The notes: a model not told the origin generated them from the letters alone. Shown: positions 10,357-23,700, counted from the stretch's first letter. The stretch: DNA of 64,000 bases from Eledone cirrhosa (GCA_964016885.1 OZ024741.1:19034001-19098000), one strand, 5' to 3'. Numbers and translations: made by a program.

Positions 10357-12571
10357 ATTCAAGCATGTTTTACAACGTGAGGACCAGAAACAGGAGGTAT
10401 TCAAGATTGCGAGGCAGTGTGTCAGAGATAGTTGTGATGTCATTGGAGAGAAGTGTATCCGGAATGATAAAGGTGAGCTTGCCCTCACAAGTGCTGAGAA
10501 GAAAGATGCATGGAAGAGTCATTATGATAGATTACTAAATGAGGAGAATGCATGGGAAGAAGAGACCCTACCCCACGTAGACCCTATAGAGGGACCAGCA
10601 GTACAAGTCAGCGGCAGCGTAGTAAGTAAGGCAATCAGAGATATGAAGATAGGGAAGGCAACCGGTCCATCGGGTATAGCTGCCGAGATGCTGAAGGCAT
10701 CTGGGTCTGTAGGTCACACTATAACCACACGTATCGTTAACCAGGTAATACTAGAGGGGGCCATACCAAAAGATTGGTGCAGTAGCATCATTGTCAACTG
10801 CTACAAAGGTAAAGGCGATGCACTAGATAGAGGAAACTATAGAGGTATAAAGTTGATGGACCAGGTCATGAAAGTAACAGAAAGAGTTATAGCACAGCTG
10901 ATTAGGGACCGGGTGAATATAGACGAGATGCAATTTGGGTTTGTACCAGGGAAAGGCACCACTGATGCGCTCTTCCTTGTGAGGCAATTACAGGAAAAGT
11001 ACCTAGCTAAAAGTAAGCCACTCTACTTGGCATTTGTCGACCTTGAGAAAGCCTTTGACAGAGTTCCACGTGCAGTAATCTGGTGGGCTCTTAGAAAACT
11101 AGGAGTAGATGAATGGCTTGTGAAAGCGGTACAAGCCATGTATAGGGGAGCAGTCAGCAAAGTTAGGATTGGCAATGAGTATAGCGAGGAATTTAGCGTA
11201 CAGGTTGGGGTCCACCAGGGCTCTGTTCTTAGCCCTCTCCTGTTCATCATAGTCCTGCAGGCAATAACGGAGGAGTTTAAGACCGGATGCCCATGGGAAC
11301 TCCTGTATGCTGATGACCTCGCACTCATAGCTGAATCTATGGTAGAACTAGAAAATAAATTCCAAACCTGGAAGCAGGGACTAGAGAGAAAGGGCCTCAA
11401 AGTCAACATGACAAAGACTAAGGTCCTTGTAAGTAGACGAGAAAACAGAACCCAGATCCCCTCAGGGAAATGGCCTTGCTCAGTATGTAGGAAAGGTGTA
11501 GGTAGAAACTCCATTCTCTGCCCCAAATGCAAACAATGGGTACACAAGAGATGTAGCGGGATCTCAGGAAGCTTAATTAAGAATGTAGGATTCACATGCA
11601 GCAGCTGTGCTGAAACAGCAAGCAAACAGCCACAGGAAACAAGTACCACCAATCTCTGGGAGGGCCCTGTAGAAACAGTAGACAGCTTCTGCTACCTAGG
11701 TGACCGAATTAGCAACGGAGGTGGGTGCTCAGAAAGTACAATAACTAGGGTAAGAACGGGATGGAAGAAGTTTAGGGAACTACTACCACTGCTAGCTGCA
11801 AAAGGCTTCTCCCTCAGAATGAAAGGCAGACTGTATGATGCGTGTATCCGAACAGCGATGTTGCATGGTAGTGAGACCTGGGCGCTGAAGGTGGAAGACT
11901 TACGTAGATTAGAGAGAAACGAAGCCTGCATGCTCCGATGGATGTGTAACAGTAATATACGTGAACGACAAAGCATAAAGGAATTGAGAGAGAGACTGAG
12001 CATAAGAGGAATCAAATGCTGCGTGCAGGAGAGGCGGTTACGCTGGTATGGACATGTGATGCGTATGAAGGATGACAGCTGCATAAAAAGGTGCAGAGCA
12101 CTAGAAGTTGATGGAAACCGCGGAGTGGGGAGACCCAAGATGACTTGGGATGAGGTGATAAAAGCCGACCTTACCCAACTACACCTCTCAAAGTCAATGA
12201 CACACGACCGTGACTTCTGGCGTCACGCAGTAATACAGGGTACCCGACCTCCCATGGGTACATGCTGAAGCATATAAACAATATGCCCCCCCCCCTCCAC
12301 CGCAAGGTGGCCGTGGAGGTGCCACGGCAAAAAAAGCACCCAGCCCACACTGTAAAGTGGACGTGTAGGCGCCACGAAAAAGCACCCAGCACTCACTGTA
12401 AATGAGGTTGGCGTTAGGAAGGGCATCCAGCTGTAGAAATCAAGCCAGATCAGTTCCTGTATGAGCAAGGCATGGTCAGCCGACCAGACACTGCCCACAA
12501 CAGGACAACCCGTCTAACCCATGCTAGCGTGGAAGAACGGACGTAAAACGGTGATGATGATGATGATGATA
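10357..12571 (+). mobile_element. 5'-truncated RTE-clade LINE with intact RT ORF (stop at 12268)
   Basis: RT motifs FVDLEKAFDRV, QGSVLSP, YADD, FCYLG and LRWYGHV; (GAT)n tail. Confidence 0.95.
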
Positions 12572-12621
12572 TTATATATATGGATAATTGTCTAAAAACT
12601 TGAACATAAATTACTCCCCTT

Positions 12622-12659
<38 letters not shown>

Positions 12660-12956
12660 CAACTCTCTTTTGTCTTTCGAGGCAACTACTAACTATAGTA
12701 TCCCATCAGCTGTTTTCTTCCGCTTTGCTTTCCTTTCTTTCCTCTTTCTTCAGTAATTTAAAATTGTTTTAACTGTTATATTGATACCATGTATTTCTTA
12801 AGCTGTCTCACACGCACCCTCTCTATTGTATGTATTATATATTTTTCTCATGTTCTCAATATTAAGGTATATAAATATTGAGTTTTGTCATATATTACTC
12901 ACTACCATGACTGAATCTTAACCATCTACTATGTCAGAGTATGTCATGCATCATCT

Positions 12957-13023
12957 TATTTTATCTGATGAGGACGTACTGTTGAACTTAACTCAGTACC
13001 TCTGAAATATGTATAATAAAATA
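12957..13023 (+). ncRNA. Type I hammerhead ribozyme motif
   Basis: tattttat-CTGATGA-ggacgtactg-loop-cagtacctct-GAAA-tatgta-TA-ataaaata. Confidence 0.8.
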
Positions 13024-13229
13024 TACTTGATCACAAGAATATCTATTTTGTTAATATTTTGAATTAATATATATATATATCTTTCTATCCAACTTTCTAT
13101 ATGTCTGCCTCTTTATCTACTTATTCAATCATCCCCCTTCCTACCTGTATGACTCTACCCACCCCCTCTCCAAATACATACTTAACTGTCATTTCACCAA
13201 ATAACCTCTCTCTCTCTCTCTATGTCCAG

Positions 13230-13416
13230 ACCAATATGACACTATGGTGGAAGAGCTTGAACGGCGAAGGTCTGAGATATTGTTCATAAAGACCATCTGG
13301 CTTGGAGACAACATTGAGAAGAAGGAAGAAGGTCACAGCAGACCACACGGTGGCGAGGATGTCAGTGAAGAGGAGGAGTTGAAGACAGCGTTTGAGTTCC
13401 ACCAGAAATTGAACAG
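13230..13416 (+). CDS. MYO5: Myosin V-like exon (NQYDTMVEELERRRSEILFIKTIW...EEEELKTAFEFHQKLNR)
   Basis: (CT)n tatgtccag|AC...AACAG|gtaagt, 187 nt, phase 1-2, in frame with the 8055 exon. Resembles myosin Va EELDVRKEEVLILRSQL and EDGELWLVYEGLKQANR. Confidence 0.85.
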
Positions 13417-13759
13417 GTAAGTCAACAGCCCTGTGCCATGTCCTCCCCACCTATAATCTGTGTGTGGCTGGGGTAGAGTGGGGGGTGTGTGTCTTTAGGG
13501 GACTATCTGTCTATGTGAAGAGGGTGTATGTATGTGTGTGTGTGTGTTCGAAAGTTCCACGGGCTGTTAAAGATGTTAGACAGCAAATCAACTATCCCAC
13601 ACCCTCCCTAATTTGTCTAGGGCCTTATTAACCCATGTCCAAAGGATTCCAGGCGTTTCAGGACCCCTAAGCTGATCTTACATAGATGCTGTCGTGATTT
13701 GAAAGTTGTCTCTTATTTCTGACTCAGTTTTCAAGCTGTTTTCTTGTTGCCTCCTCCCT

Positions 13760-13864
<105 letters not shown>

Positions 13865-13865
13865 G

Positions 13866-13971
<106 letters not shown>

Positions 13972-14339
13972 CTCTCTTCTTTCTCTCTCTTTCTCTCTCT
14001 CTCTCTTCCACACACTCATACACACACACACACACCACCACACACACACACAGAATCATTCAGAGAAGATGATGTTTGGAAGGGGTTAAATTTAAATGTC
14101 CTAATCCTTCCAGGGTATGACAGGACAAATACTCATGTACCAAAACACTTGTAACAAAAATTGGGATAATATGTTGATGATGATAATTTCTTTATTAACC
14201 ACAAAGAGTTCTCGGGGTGACATAATGTGGAATGTTTGCATGTAAAAATATTATAACAAAATAAACACAATGTAAAATTAAAAGAAAATTCCACAATAGT
14301 TAGGGCAAGATTTCTGGGACTCCTTCATGGAGAAAACTC

Positions 14340-14640
14340 ACAGAAAGCTGCTACCACTCTAACTACTAGAGCATGTACCCACTTCTGGTCCTCATCCAAT
14401 CTGCTGGTGTTTACTTAGAGCAGGCCTAATCACTCAGATCATGCTTGATATTCTCATTCACCTTTCAAGAAATTGGTTGGAAGTCAGCATCTCTCTCTCC
14501 ATCTTTATTTTCCTTTTCAAGTGAAAATTGAAAAAGTTAATCAGGTCCTTGTCAAAGGAGAAAGGATCTGTCCACAACCCTTTCAACTGTGTCCACCACA
14601 GAGAGTTTGAAGCACTATGGATATCTGCCAATGACCTAGC
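14340..14640 (-). mobile_element. Old Tx1/L1-like LINE 3' fragment
   Basis: LWWTQLKGL...FHLKRKIKMEREML aligns with the C-terminus of the 60387-61595 ORF. Confidence 0.7.
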
Positions 14641-14649
14641 TTTGATGTT

Positions 14650-15085
14650 TGGCAACTCACTTGGTAGACACCCACAAGATTAACCAGCTTTTCAACAACA
14701 ACCCTGAACACCTTTTTGAATTCCATATGTCTAATACCCATGGACATGCTTACAAAGTCAGAAAACAGTACAGCTCCCATAACTTATGGAAACAATTTTC
14801 ATGCTCTGAGTTGCTGAAGCTTGGAACAAACAACCTGCATCAGTTGTTAGCTGTCAGGACATTGCATCCTTCAAAACCTCCATGCTTCCGGAAAATTGTC
14901 AACACTACACCTGATATTCCCACTCCATACACATGCACACATGCATGTCTGTGTGTATTTCATGACTCATACACTGTTTACTTTCCTGACTTTTGTACAT
15001 TATTCTATTCTATGTACTATACATGCATTTTGATGAGTTGTAATGCACCTGAGTACTGTACACAATTTTCATTAGCATTATGAAT
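14650..15085 (+). mobile_element. CR1/L2-like LINE 3' end
   Basis: NTHGHAYKVRK...AWN-like C-terminus; same family as 55180-56437. Confidence 0.7.
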
Positions 15086-15089
15086 AATA

Positions 15090-15285
15090 AGGGCGGTGGA
15101 TTGGCAGTATCGGTAGAGGGTCGGACGCCATGCTTTGACGCATAGAGTTACGGCCCTTGCCATTCTGAGTTCAAATCCCGCCGAGGTTAACTTGGCCTTT
15201 CATCCTTACAGGGTCAATAAAATAAAGTACCAGTAATCTACTGGGTTATTGCTGGCCTTGTGCCAATAGTAGAAACAATTATGAA
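15090..15285 (+). mobile_element. tRNA-derived SINE, near full length
   Basis: A box tggcagtatcgg, B box gagttcaaatccc; same body as the 4.3-5.9 kb copies. Confidence 0.75.
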
Positions 15286-16439
15286 TAATAAGTGAGTGGC
15301 TAAAAGGATATATCATCCTACAGAAAGTGTTACCCACATAGTGAGCACATACAAAATGTTAATTCAGAAAGGATATAAAAGAAAACCTGACAAAGTCTCT
15401 GTGTACCTTCATATATAAATACCATAGACCATTTCTCTTCAGATCCTTACGTGTGTATGTGCGCACGTGTTGCTGTGTAATTATGCGTGTGTGTGTGTCT
15501 GTATATGTATTTCTATCTAATTATGCATATGTGTGTGTTTTCCTGTATATGTATTTCTATCTATTTATGCATGTGTGTGTGTGTGTGTGTCTGTATATGT
15601 ATTTCTATCTATTTATGCATGTGTGGTTCTGCATGTGTTAGCAAGAACCTGAATGCTTTGGTTTAATAGTTTTGTTTTTAAAGATATTTTTCAGTTTGTG
15701 TAAATGCAATCATTATTATTTACCTTTTATCCTTACGGGGGTCGATAAAATAAAGTACCAGTAATACACTGGGATAATTGCTGGCCTTGTGCCTAAAGTA
15801 GAAACAATTATTATTTATATTATTTGTATTATTATTATTATTGCCTCCTAAGTAACCGTCACTTCTAACAACTGTATTGTCTATTAACCCAGCAACTGTC
15901 TTGCATGCCGTTCTTTGTAGGCCAGATAATTGCACATTTGCACCTGCACAACAACATCGAGAGATATGCAATGGTGGGGTTTGCTGCACACATCAAAACC
16001 ATGATTGTGAGGGTAAAATACTCAACCTTGCCAAACAGATCAGGTGACTGGCTCTGGTTCCCTCTCTAGCCTCCTCCTTCACCTCCTCTTTTCACTTCAT
16101 CCTTTTGATGATGTTTATTGTTATTATTATTGTTTGCATTTTGAATTATCCTCTCTTCTGCCTCAACATTACTTTGTGTCTCACCCACCCACACCTACAC
16201 ATCTCTTACCCCTCTTCCCATTTTCCCATGAAGTGATTTTACTTTGTTTATTTAAATCGTTGTAACTGCTACATGGTTGATGGTTACTCCTACATGTTGG
16301 TATACAATTACCAACACCAATACCACTGATGGTTGCTGCTACATGTTAGTATACCAATGCCTCTAGTCACTGCTATATGTTGGCGGGCCATTACCACGGC
16401 TACTTGCAGCTACATGTCGGCATACCAAGGTCATTAGTG

Positions 16440-17032
16440 ACCGCTACATGTTCGTGTGATGTTATCAACACCACAGGTCACTGCTACATGTTAAGTGTGA
16501 GGTTACCAACACCACAGGTCACTGCTACACGTTTGTATGACATTACCAACACCACAGCTCACTGCTACATGTTAGTGTGAGGTTGCCAACACCACAGGTC
16601 ACTGCTACATGTTAGTGTGAGGTTGCCAACACAGGTCAATGCTACATGTTAGTGTGAGGTTGCCAACACCACAGGTCACTGCTACATGTTAGTGTGAGGT
16701 TGCCAACACAGGTCAATGCTACATGTTAGTGTGAGGTTGCCAACACCACAGGTCACTGCTACATGTTAGTGTGAGGTTGCCAACACCACAAGTCACTGCT
16801 ACATGTTAGTGTGACATTACCAACAGCACTGGTCACTGCTACATGTTTGTGTGACATTACCAACAGCACTGGTCATCGCTACATGTTTGTGTGAGGTTAC
16901 CAACACCACTGGTCACTGCTACATGTTTGTGTGAGGTTACCAACACCACTGGTCACTGCTACATGTTTGTGTGAGGTTACCAACGCCACAGATCACTGCT
17001 ACATGTTAGTGGTGTGAGGTTACCAACACCAC
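16440..17032 (+). repeat. 40-bp minisatellite with 37-bp variants, about 15 units
   Basis: ggtcactgctacatgttagtgtgaggttgccaacaccaca. Confidence 0.9.
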
Positions 17033-17224
17033 ATTTGTACAGGGTTAAAAATTGATGATGGGGGGGGGGGGGGGGGGGGGGCTAATAGATTATATTGACC
17101 CCAATACATGACTGGTACTGATACATTATTTTGTTCACGTTCAGAAGGATTGAGGGTGAAGTTATACATGGAAGGAACTCAGAATGTGTTAGTTTTGTTA
17201 ATCATCCCAGAGTTGAAGCAGCAT

Positions 17225-18050
17225 AATAATAATAATGAAATTATTATGTAAAGTGCTCAGGTGCACTACAACTCGTCAAAGGTGCATGTATAGTACATAG
17301 AATAATATACAAATGTCAGGGAAGTGAATAGTGTATGAGTGATGATATACATGTGTGCATGTGTATGGAGGGGGAACATTAGGTGTAGTGTTGGCGAATC
17401 TCGGGAAGCATGGAGGCCTTAAAGGATGCAGTGTCTCGACAGCTAACAACTGATGCAGGTAGTTTGTTCCATGGAGGCCTTAAAGGATGCAGTGTCTCGA
17501 CAGCTAACAACTGATGCAGGTAGTTTGTTCCATGGAGGCCTTAAAGGATGCAGTGTCTCGACAGCTAACAACTGATGCAGGTAGTTTGTTCCATGGAGGC
17601 CTTAAAGGATGCAGTGTCTCGGCAGCTAACAACTGATGCAGGTAGTTTGTTCCATGGAGGCCTTAAAGGATGCAGTGTCTCGACAGCTAACAACTGATGC
17701 AGGTAGTTTGTTCCATGGAGGCCTTAAAGGATGCAGTGTCTCGACAGCTAACAACCGATGCAGGTAGTTTGTTCCATGGAGGCCTTAAAGGATGCAGTAT
17801 CTTGACAGCTAACAACCGATGCAGGTAGTTTGTTCCATGGAGGCCTTAAAGGATGCAGTGTCTCGACAGCTAACAACTGATGCAGGTAGTTTGTTCCATG
17901 GAGGCCTTAAAGGATGCAGTGTCTCGACAGCTAACAACTGATGCAGGTAGTTTGTTCCATGGAGGTTTTAAAGGATGCAGTGTCTCGACAGCTAACAACT
18001 GATGCAGGTAGTTTGTTCCATGCTTCAGCAACTCTGAGCGTGAAAATATG
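17225..18050 (-). mobile_element. CR1/L2-like LINE 3' end containing a 61-bp x10 tandem array (17409-18021)
   Basis: Unit catggaggccttaaaggatgcagtgtctcgacagctaacaactgatgcaggtagtttgttc. Confidence 0.85.
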
Positions 18051-18179
18051 TAATTGAATGGTTAAGAAGTTTATCTTGGAATCAGTAGGCTCTGGGTTCA
18101 GTTCCACTGTGTGTTATCTTGGGCAACTGTTATGTAACATAACTTTAGGTCAACTTGTATATTATGAGTCTTCTTGTCA

Positions 18180-18560
18180 TATGACATATGTAGAATAGTT
18201 AGAGAGACAGGTCAAGACCAGCAAGCCAAACCAGGGTGTCATTTGTAGTATTACAGATTGCCTCCATGGTGCCGAGAATGTGTCTCTGAGGGGCAATCCT
18301 GAACAACTGCAGTCTCATGCTGGGCTATCTTTCATTTTCCATTGCTGGAGATGATGGGCTGTCCTAGCATGTATTTTGCAGATCCGATTAAGGGACACGC
18401 ATTGCCTTCTAGGAAGGTCAAAGCCAGCTGGTTTAGATGTGGGGTCTTGGGCGAGGTTTTGTAATTAAAACTGGGTGGAAGCCTGTTTGATAGACTACCT
18501 GTAATTGACAGTACCACCCTTATCACACACTGTCCATCATCCAAACTAACGGAGATCCAT
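18180..18560 (-). mobile_element. Degenerate Ingi/Vingi-like LINE 3' fragment
   Basis: Minus strand reads PAGFDLPRRQCVSLNRI...HLQQWKMKDSPA*DC. Confidence 0.5.
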
Positions 18561-18909
18561 TCAATGATATCAATACCAGTTGCCTACTGAGATTCTATGC
18601 TATCAGCCAAAACCTATAAAGCATGTATGCTTAATAAAATTCTCAGGGAGATTCAACATAACACAGAATATATATAAAGTGTTTAAGCTCCTTAATTATC
18701 CCAGAATATTCTGGATTTTTCTCAGTGTTCAGTTTGCCATCCCCACTTCTACATTCTCCATTTATCTTGTGCTCCCACCAACCATCTCAGCTCTCACTCA
18801 CCATTCTCTTCTATTTACCATATTCTGTCTTTATCATTATTACTTCCCCTTATTTCAACTCTTGGAACTTTCCAGAAATTTTCTTAATTACCTCCACCTC
18901 TTCCTCCAT

Positions 18910-19640
18910 TTACTACTACTACTTACCCCACAATTACTACTGCTACCACTACCCCCATTACTACTACTACTACTACTACCCCCATTACTACTACTACTAC
19001 CCCCATTACTACTACTACTACTACTACTTCTACTACTACTTCACTACTACTACAACTATTACTACTACTGTCTATGCTACTACCTCTACTAATATTAATA
19101 CTTCTACTACCACCACCACTAATAATACCATCACTATTACTATTACTACTATTACCACCACTACTACTATTACCACCACCACTACTATTACCACCACCAC
19201 TATTACTACTACTACTACTACTACTGTTACATTACTACTACAACTACTGCTGCTACTACTGTTACTGCTGCTACTACTACTACTATATTACTGTGACTAC
19301 TACTACTATATTACTGCGACTACTACTACTACTATTGCATTACTACTACTGCTACTACATTACTACTACTGCTACTACTATTACTACTATTACTATTGCA
19401 TTACTACTACTGCTACTACATTACTACTACTGCTACTACATTACTACTAGTGCTACTACTATTATATTGCTACTACTACTATTGCATTACTACTACTGCT
19501 ACTACTATTGCATTACTACTACTGCTATTGCATTACTACTGCTGCTACTATTGCATTACTACTGCTGCTACTATTGCATTACTACTACTACTACTACTAT
19601 TACTACTACCACTATTGCATTACTACTACTACTACTACTA
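18910..19640. repeat. Degenerate (TAC)n trinucleotide tract
   Basis: Direct inspection. Confidence 0.9.
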
Positions 19641-19745
19641 TCCACTCCTCCCTCTCCCTTACTCTACAGTACACTCACACACACACGCACTCACATATAT
19701 ATAATAATTATGTGTAACCACCATTTTACCAGTTATAACTGCATA

Positions 19746-20728
19746 TTGCCTGATATTGCATGTAACTCTACATCTGGAAGTTGCCTGATATTGCATGTAA
19801 CTCTACATCTGGAAGTTGCCTGATATTGCATGTAACTCTACATCTGGAAGTTGCCTGATATTGCATGTAACTCTACATCTGGAAGTTGCCTGATATTGCA
19901 TGTAACTCTACATCTGGATGTTGCCTGATATTGCATGTAACTCTACATCTGGATGTTGCCTGATATTGCATGTAACTCTACATCTGGATGTTACCTGATA
20001 TTGCATGTAACTCTACATCTGGAAGTTGCCTGATATTGCATGTAACTCTACATCTGGATGCTACCTGATATTGCATGTAACTCTACATCTGGAAGTTGCC
20101 TGATATTGCATGTAACTCTACATCTGGATGTTGCCTGATATTGCATGTAACTCTACATCTGGATGTTGCCTGATATTGCATGTAACTCTACATCTGGATG
20201 TTGCCTGATATTGCATGTAACTCTACATCTGGATGTTGCCTGATATTGCATGTAACTCTACATCTGGATGTTGCCTGATATTGCATGTAACTCTACATCT
20301 GGATGTTGCCTGATATTGCATGTGACTCTACATCTGGAAGTTGCCTGATATTGCATGTAACTCTACATCTGGATGTTGCCTGATATTGCATGTAACTCTA
20401 CATCTGGATGTTGCCTGATATTGCATGTAACTCTACATCTGGATGTTGCCTGATATTGCATGTAACTCTACATCTGGAAGTTGCCTGATATTGCATGTAA
20501 CTCTACATCTGGATGTTGCCTGATATTGCATGTAACTCTACATCTGGATGTTGCCTGATATTGCATGTAACTCTACATCTGGATGTTGCCTGATATTGCA
20601 TGTAACTCTACATCTGGATGTTGCCTGATATTGCATGTGACTCTACATCTGGAAGTTGCCTGATATTGCATGTAACTCTACATCTGGATGTTGCCTGATA
20701 TTGCATGTAACTCTACATCTGGATGTTG
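19746..20728 (+). repeat. 35-bp minisatellite, about 28 near-identical units
   Basis: tgatattgcatgtaactctacatctgga(a/t)gttgcc. Confidence 0.95.
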
Positions 20729-21702
20729 AGATGGAAATAACTATTGTTATTATTACTATGTTACTATTAATGTGTATTTATATATTTGTTGACCTCATGT
20801 ACAATATATATGAGTGTATGTGTGTGGTTTCATGAACTGGGTGTGGCCTGGCCCCCTTAGAGTGAAAGAAGTTAATGGCTGAAACACTTGCTTGAGGGGG
20901 GTTTCTTTTCTCAAGACCTTCTGCTGTCCAGCTGTCCTGAGAGTTTTTTTTACAACTGTGTGTGTGTGTGTGTGTGTGTGTGGGTGTCGTGACCTGGCTG
21001 TGGCCTGGACCCCAAAGAGCGTAAGAGAGTTTCTTACCAGTGTGTGTGTTTGGAGACCAGAAATTTCACATGTGCAGGGAGTACTTGGTGTATGTTAGAT
21101 ATATATATATGATAAATGCACCCAATACACACTGTAAAATGGAAGAGCATCCAACTGTAGAAAGCTTACCAAACAATGTGTCATGAGAACCCTCCAGTCA
21201 TGTCAACCTCTCTAGTGTTGGTGATCTACATGATAAACACACCCAGTGCACACTGTAAAGTAGTTAGTGACAGTAAGGACATTCAACTTTAGAAATCTTG
21301 CCAAAGAAAGGGTAGGGAGGACCCTTCAGTTGTGTCAAAGACAACAAACTCCCCTGTGCATTATATAGAATATGAGACTGTACATGAAAAAAGAAAAGGG
21401 GTGTAATCGATGGTAGTACCGTTTCTCGCTTATAAGCGGTTGTCAAGGCTATATACCCCTTCGCTTCTGCCGAGACTAAGTATGAGACATAGTCACTACT
21501 TAAAAATTCATAGCAAATGGTCTTCAAAATGCTTTAAAATAAACATACAGTATATTATCAAATATATTCTACGTACAACTTAATATATGTTCCTTATATA
21601 AAATTGTGTTTCTGGATTTTAATTTAAATAGAAACCCTTTAAAATAGGTGGCTTTATTTCATAGAAACTAAGGAGGTTTTCAGGGGGTTGCTATCAAAAG
21701 TA

Positions 21703-21931
21703 TTAACCCTTTAGCATTTAAACCAGATGTATCCAGTCAGAATTCTTTCACCTCTTTTGGTTCAAACTGGCTGTGACCAGCCACTCATACTGATGTTAAC
21801 GTATTGTTCTCAAAATAAATAATAGCAAAATCTCATAGATTCGATATTATGTAAGATAATTATGTAAGGTAAAGCCTTTACTGTGAAAATATAATAGTAT
21901 ATATAGAGTAATGTAAATACTAAAGGGTTAA
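21703..21931. mobile_element. piggyBac-like MITE
   Basis: TTAA-ccctttagcatt...aatactaaaggg-TTAA; related copy at 50358-50567. Confidence 0.65.
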
Positions 21932-22281
21932 GGTTATGTACATATATCTGAGGTGCACTCAGCCACAAATGCTATATAAAGAACAAGGAGGTTGTTTGGT
22001 TGATTAAACAAGTGGAACACTAAATTCATTAAAACTTACAAAAAAATCCACTTTATCTGCTGTAGAAATGTGTACACTTATGTATATGTGTATATACATG
22101 TGTGTACACATATGTATATGTGTATATACATGTGTGTACACATATGTATATGTGTATATACATGTGTGTACACATGTGTATATGTGTATATACATGTGTG
22201 TACACACATGTATATGTGCATATACATGTGTGTGTGTCTATGACCTTTAGGTATTGTCAAGAATAGGAAAGTGTTGTATGT

Positions 22282-22880
22282 ACAGTATACCCCATTTATC
22301 ATGGGGTATATGTTCCAGAACCAACCGTGATAAATGAAAAGCCTTGATATAGAGAGACCACAAAAACAACCGTTGTTTTCATAGTTTAAGCCTTAAAATA
22401 CCTTTTCCGACATGCTTTAAGTACATATAAAATCATTAAAACACACTTTTGTATTTAAACACCAAAAACAGCCAGTAACTATCATATAGAAACTATCACC
22501 AACCATCATACCACTAGTTACCAATGAGGACCATTGCCAGCCACGGTAGCCACTTGGTAATACACTGCACATCTCCCGTCAATTTATGAAGGGTTTGTAG
22601 TAGATTAGAGAAAAACACATCAGTAAAACAGTAATGGAATGAAAACTAAAAAATATTTTTTTACAGTTAAAAGCCTTAAGATGCCCCTTCCTTACGATGT
22701 ACACTTGAATCAGATCGAAACTTATTTAATAAGTTTAAATTTTAAAAACTTTTTATTCAGACGTACCACGATAAGAAAATAGATATGTTCTATGGAAATA
22801 TCCGTGATGTAGCGAGGATTACCGCAATAGGGAATTAGATACGTTCCAAAGAAAATTCCGCGATGTAGCGGCGGATTACT
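22282..22880. mobile_element. Degenerate pogo/Tigger-like MITE
   Basis: TA-CAGTA start, with imperfect complement ...cgcgatgtagcggcggattacta-TA at the end. Confidence 0.4.
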
Positions 22881-23654
22881 ATATATATATCATATATATG
22901 TATGTGCGTGTATATCATATGTGTGTCTATGTGTGTGTATATATATTTATTCATTTTATTATAGAAATGAATATACCTTTTTTTATAGTGGTCACCTCCC
23001 AATTTACATTGGGACCCTATCTATATATATCTCTAGTGATCAACTCAAGGGATGTGACTGTCTGTGTTTTATTAGTATTCCTGTCTTTCCTTATATTTCT
23101 TATTTTCTCTCTCTCTCTCTCTCTCTCTCATCATCATGAACGTTTAACGTCCCTATTCCACACTAGCATGGGTTTAGATGGGAATTGTCCCACTTGAGGC
23201 AAGATTGGTTGTCTCGCTCGTATAGGACTGTCTAGTAGGTTTTCTACGGCTGGATGCCCTTCCTAACACCAACCACGTTTACAGTGTGGACTGGGAGGTT
23301 TTTACCGTGTTACCTACACGGCCACATTACAGCGTGGACCGTGTGTTTTTTGTTGTGACACCTACACGACCTCATTTATTTAGGACTGGAACTGTCTATT
23401 CATATGAAATATATAATATATATATATATATAACGAAGGAGTTGTGGTAAGGAACCAGATGGACCATAACGCACCAGAGGACTCAATACTTAGGGTAGTA
23501 GAGTGGGTAATAGACGTTGTAACGGCTTGAGCTCTACCGTCGGGGTCATACATTTTCCTATATATATATATATATAATGATTTGATATGAATAAAACAGT
23601 TCTAGTCCTGTGGAGCCATTTCCATATTAAATAATAATATATATATATTATCAT

Positions 23655-23700
<46 letters not shown>

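Noticed and set aside
11023-12138. Antisense ORFs repeated in the RTE copies
   Set aside because: Shadow frames of recently duplicated RT sequence.
15090-15190. tRNA gene
   Set aside because: A and B boxes belong to a multi-copy SINE head; no cloverleaf.
18580-19823. Poly-Leu/Tyr/Thr ORFs
   Set aside because: Translations of a (TAC)n microsatellite.
16440-20728. 40-, 61- and 35-bp arrays as CRISPR
   Set aside because: Contiguous tandem units with no unique spacers, no cas genes, and a eukaryotic context.
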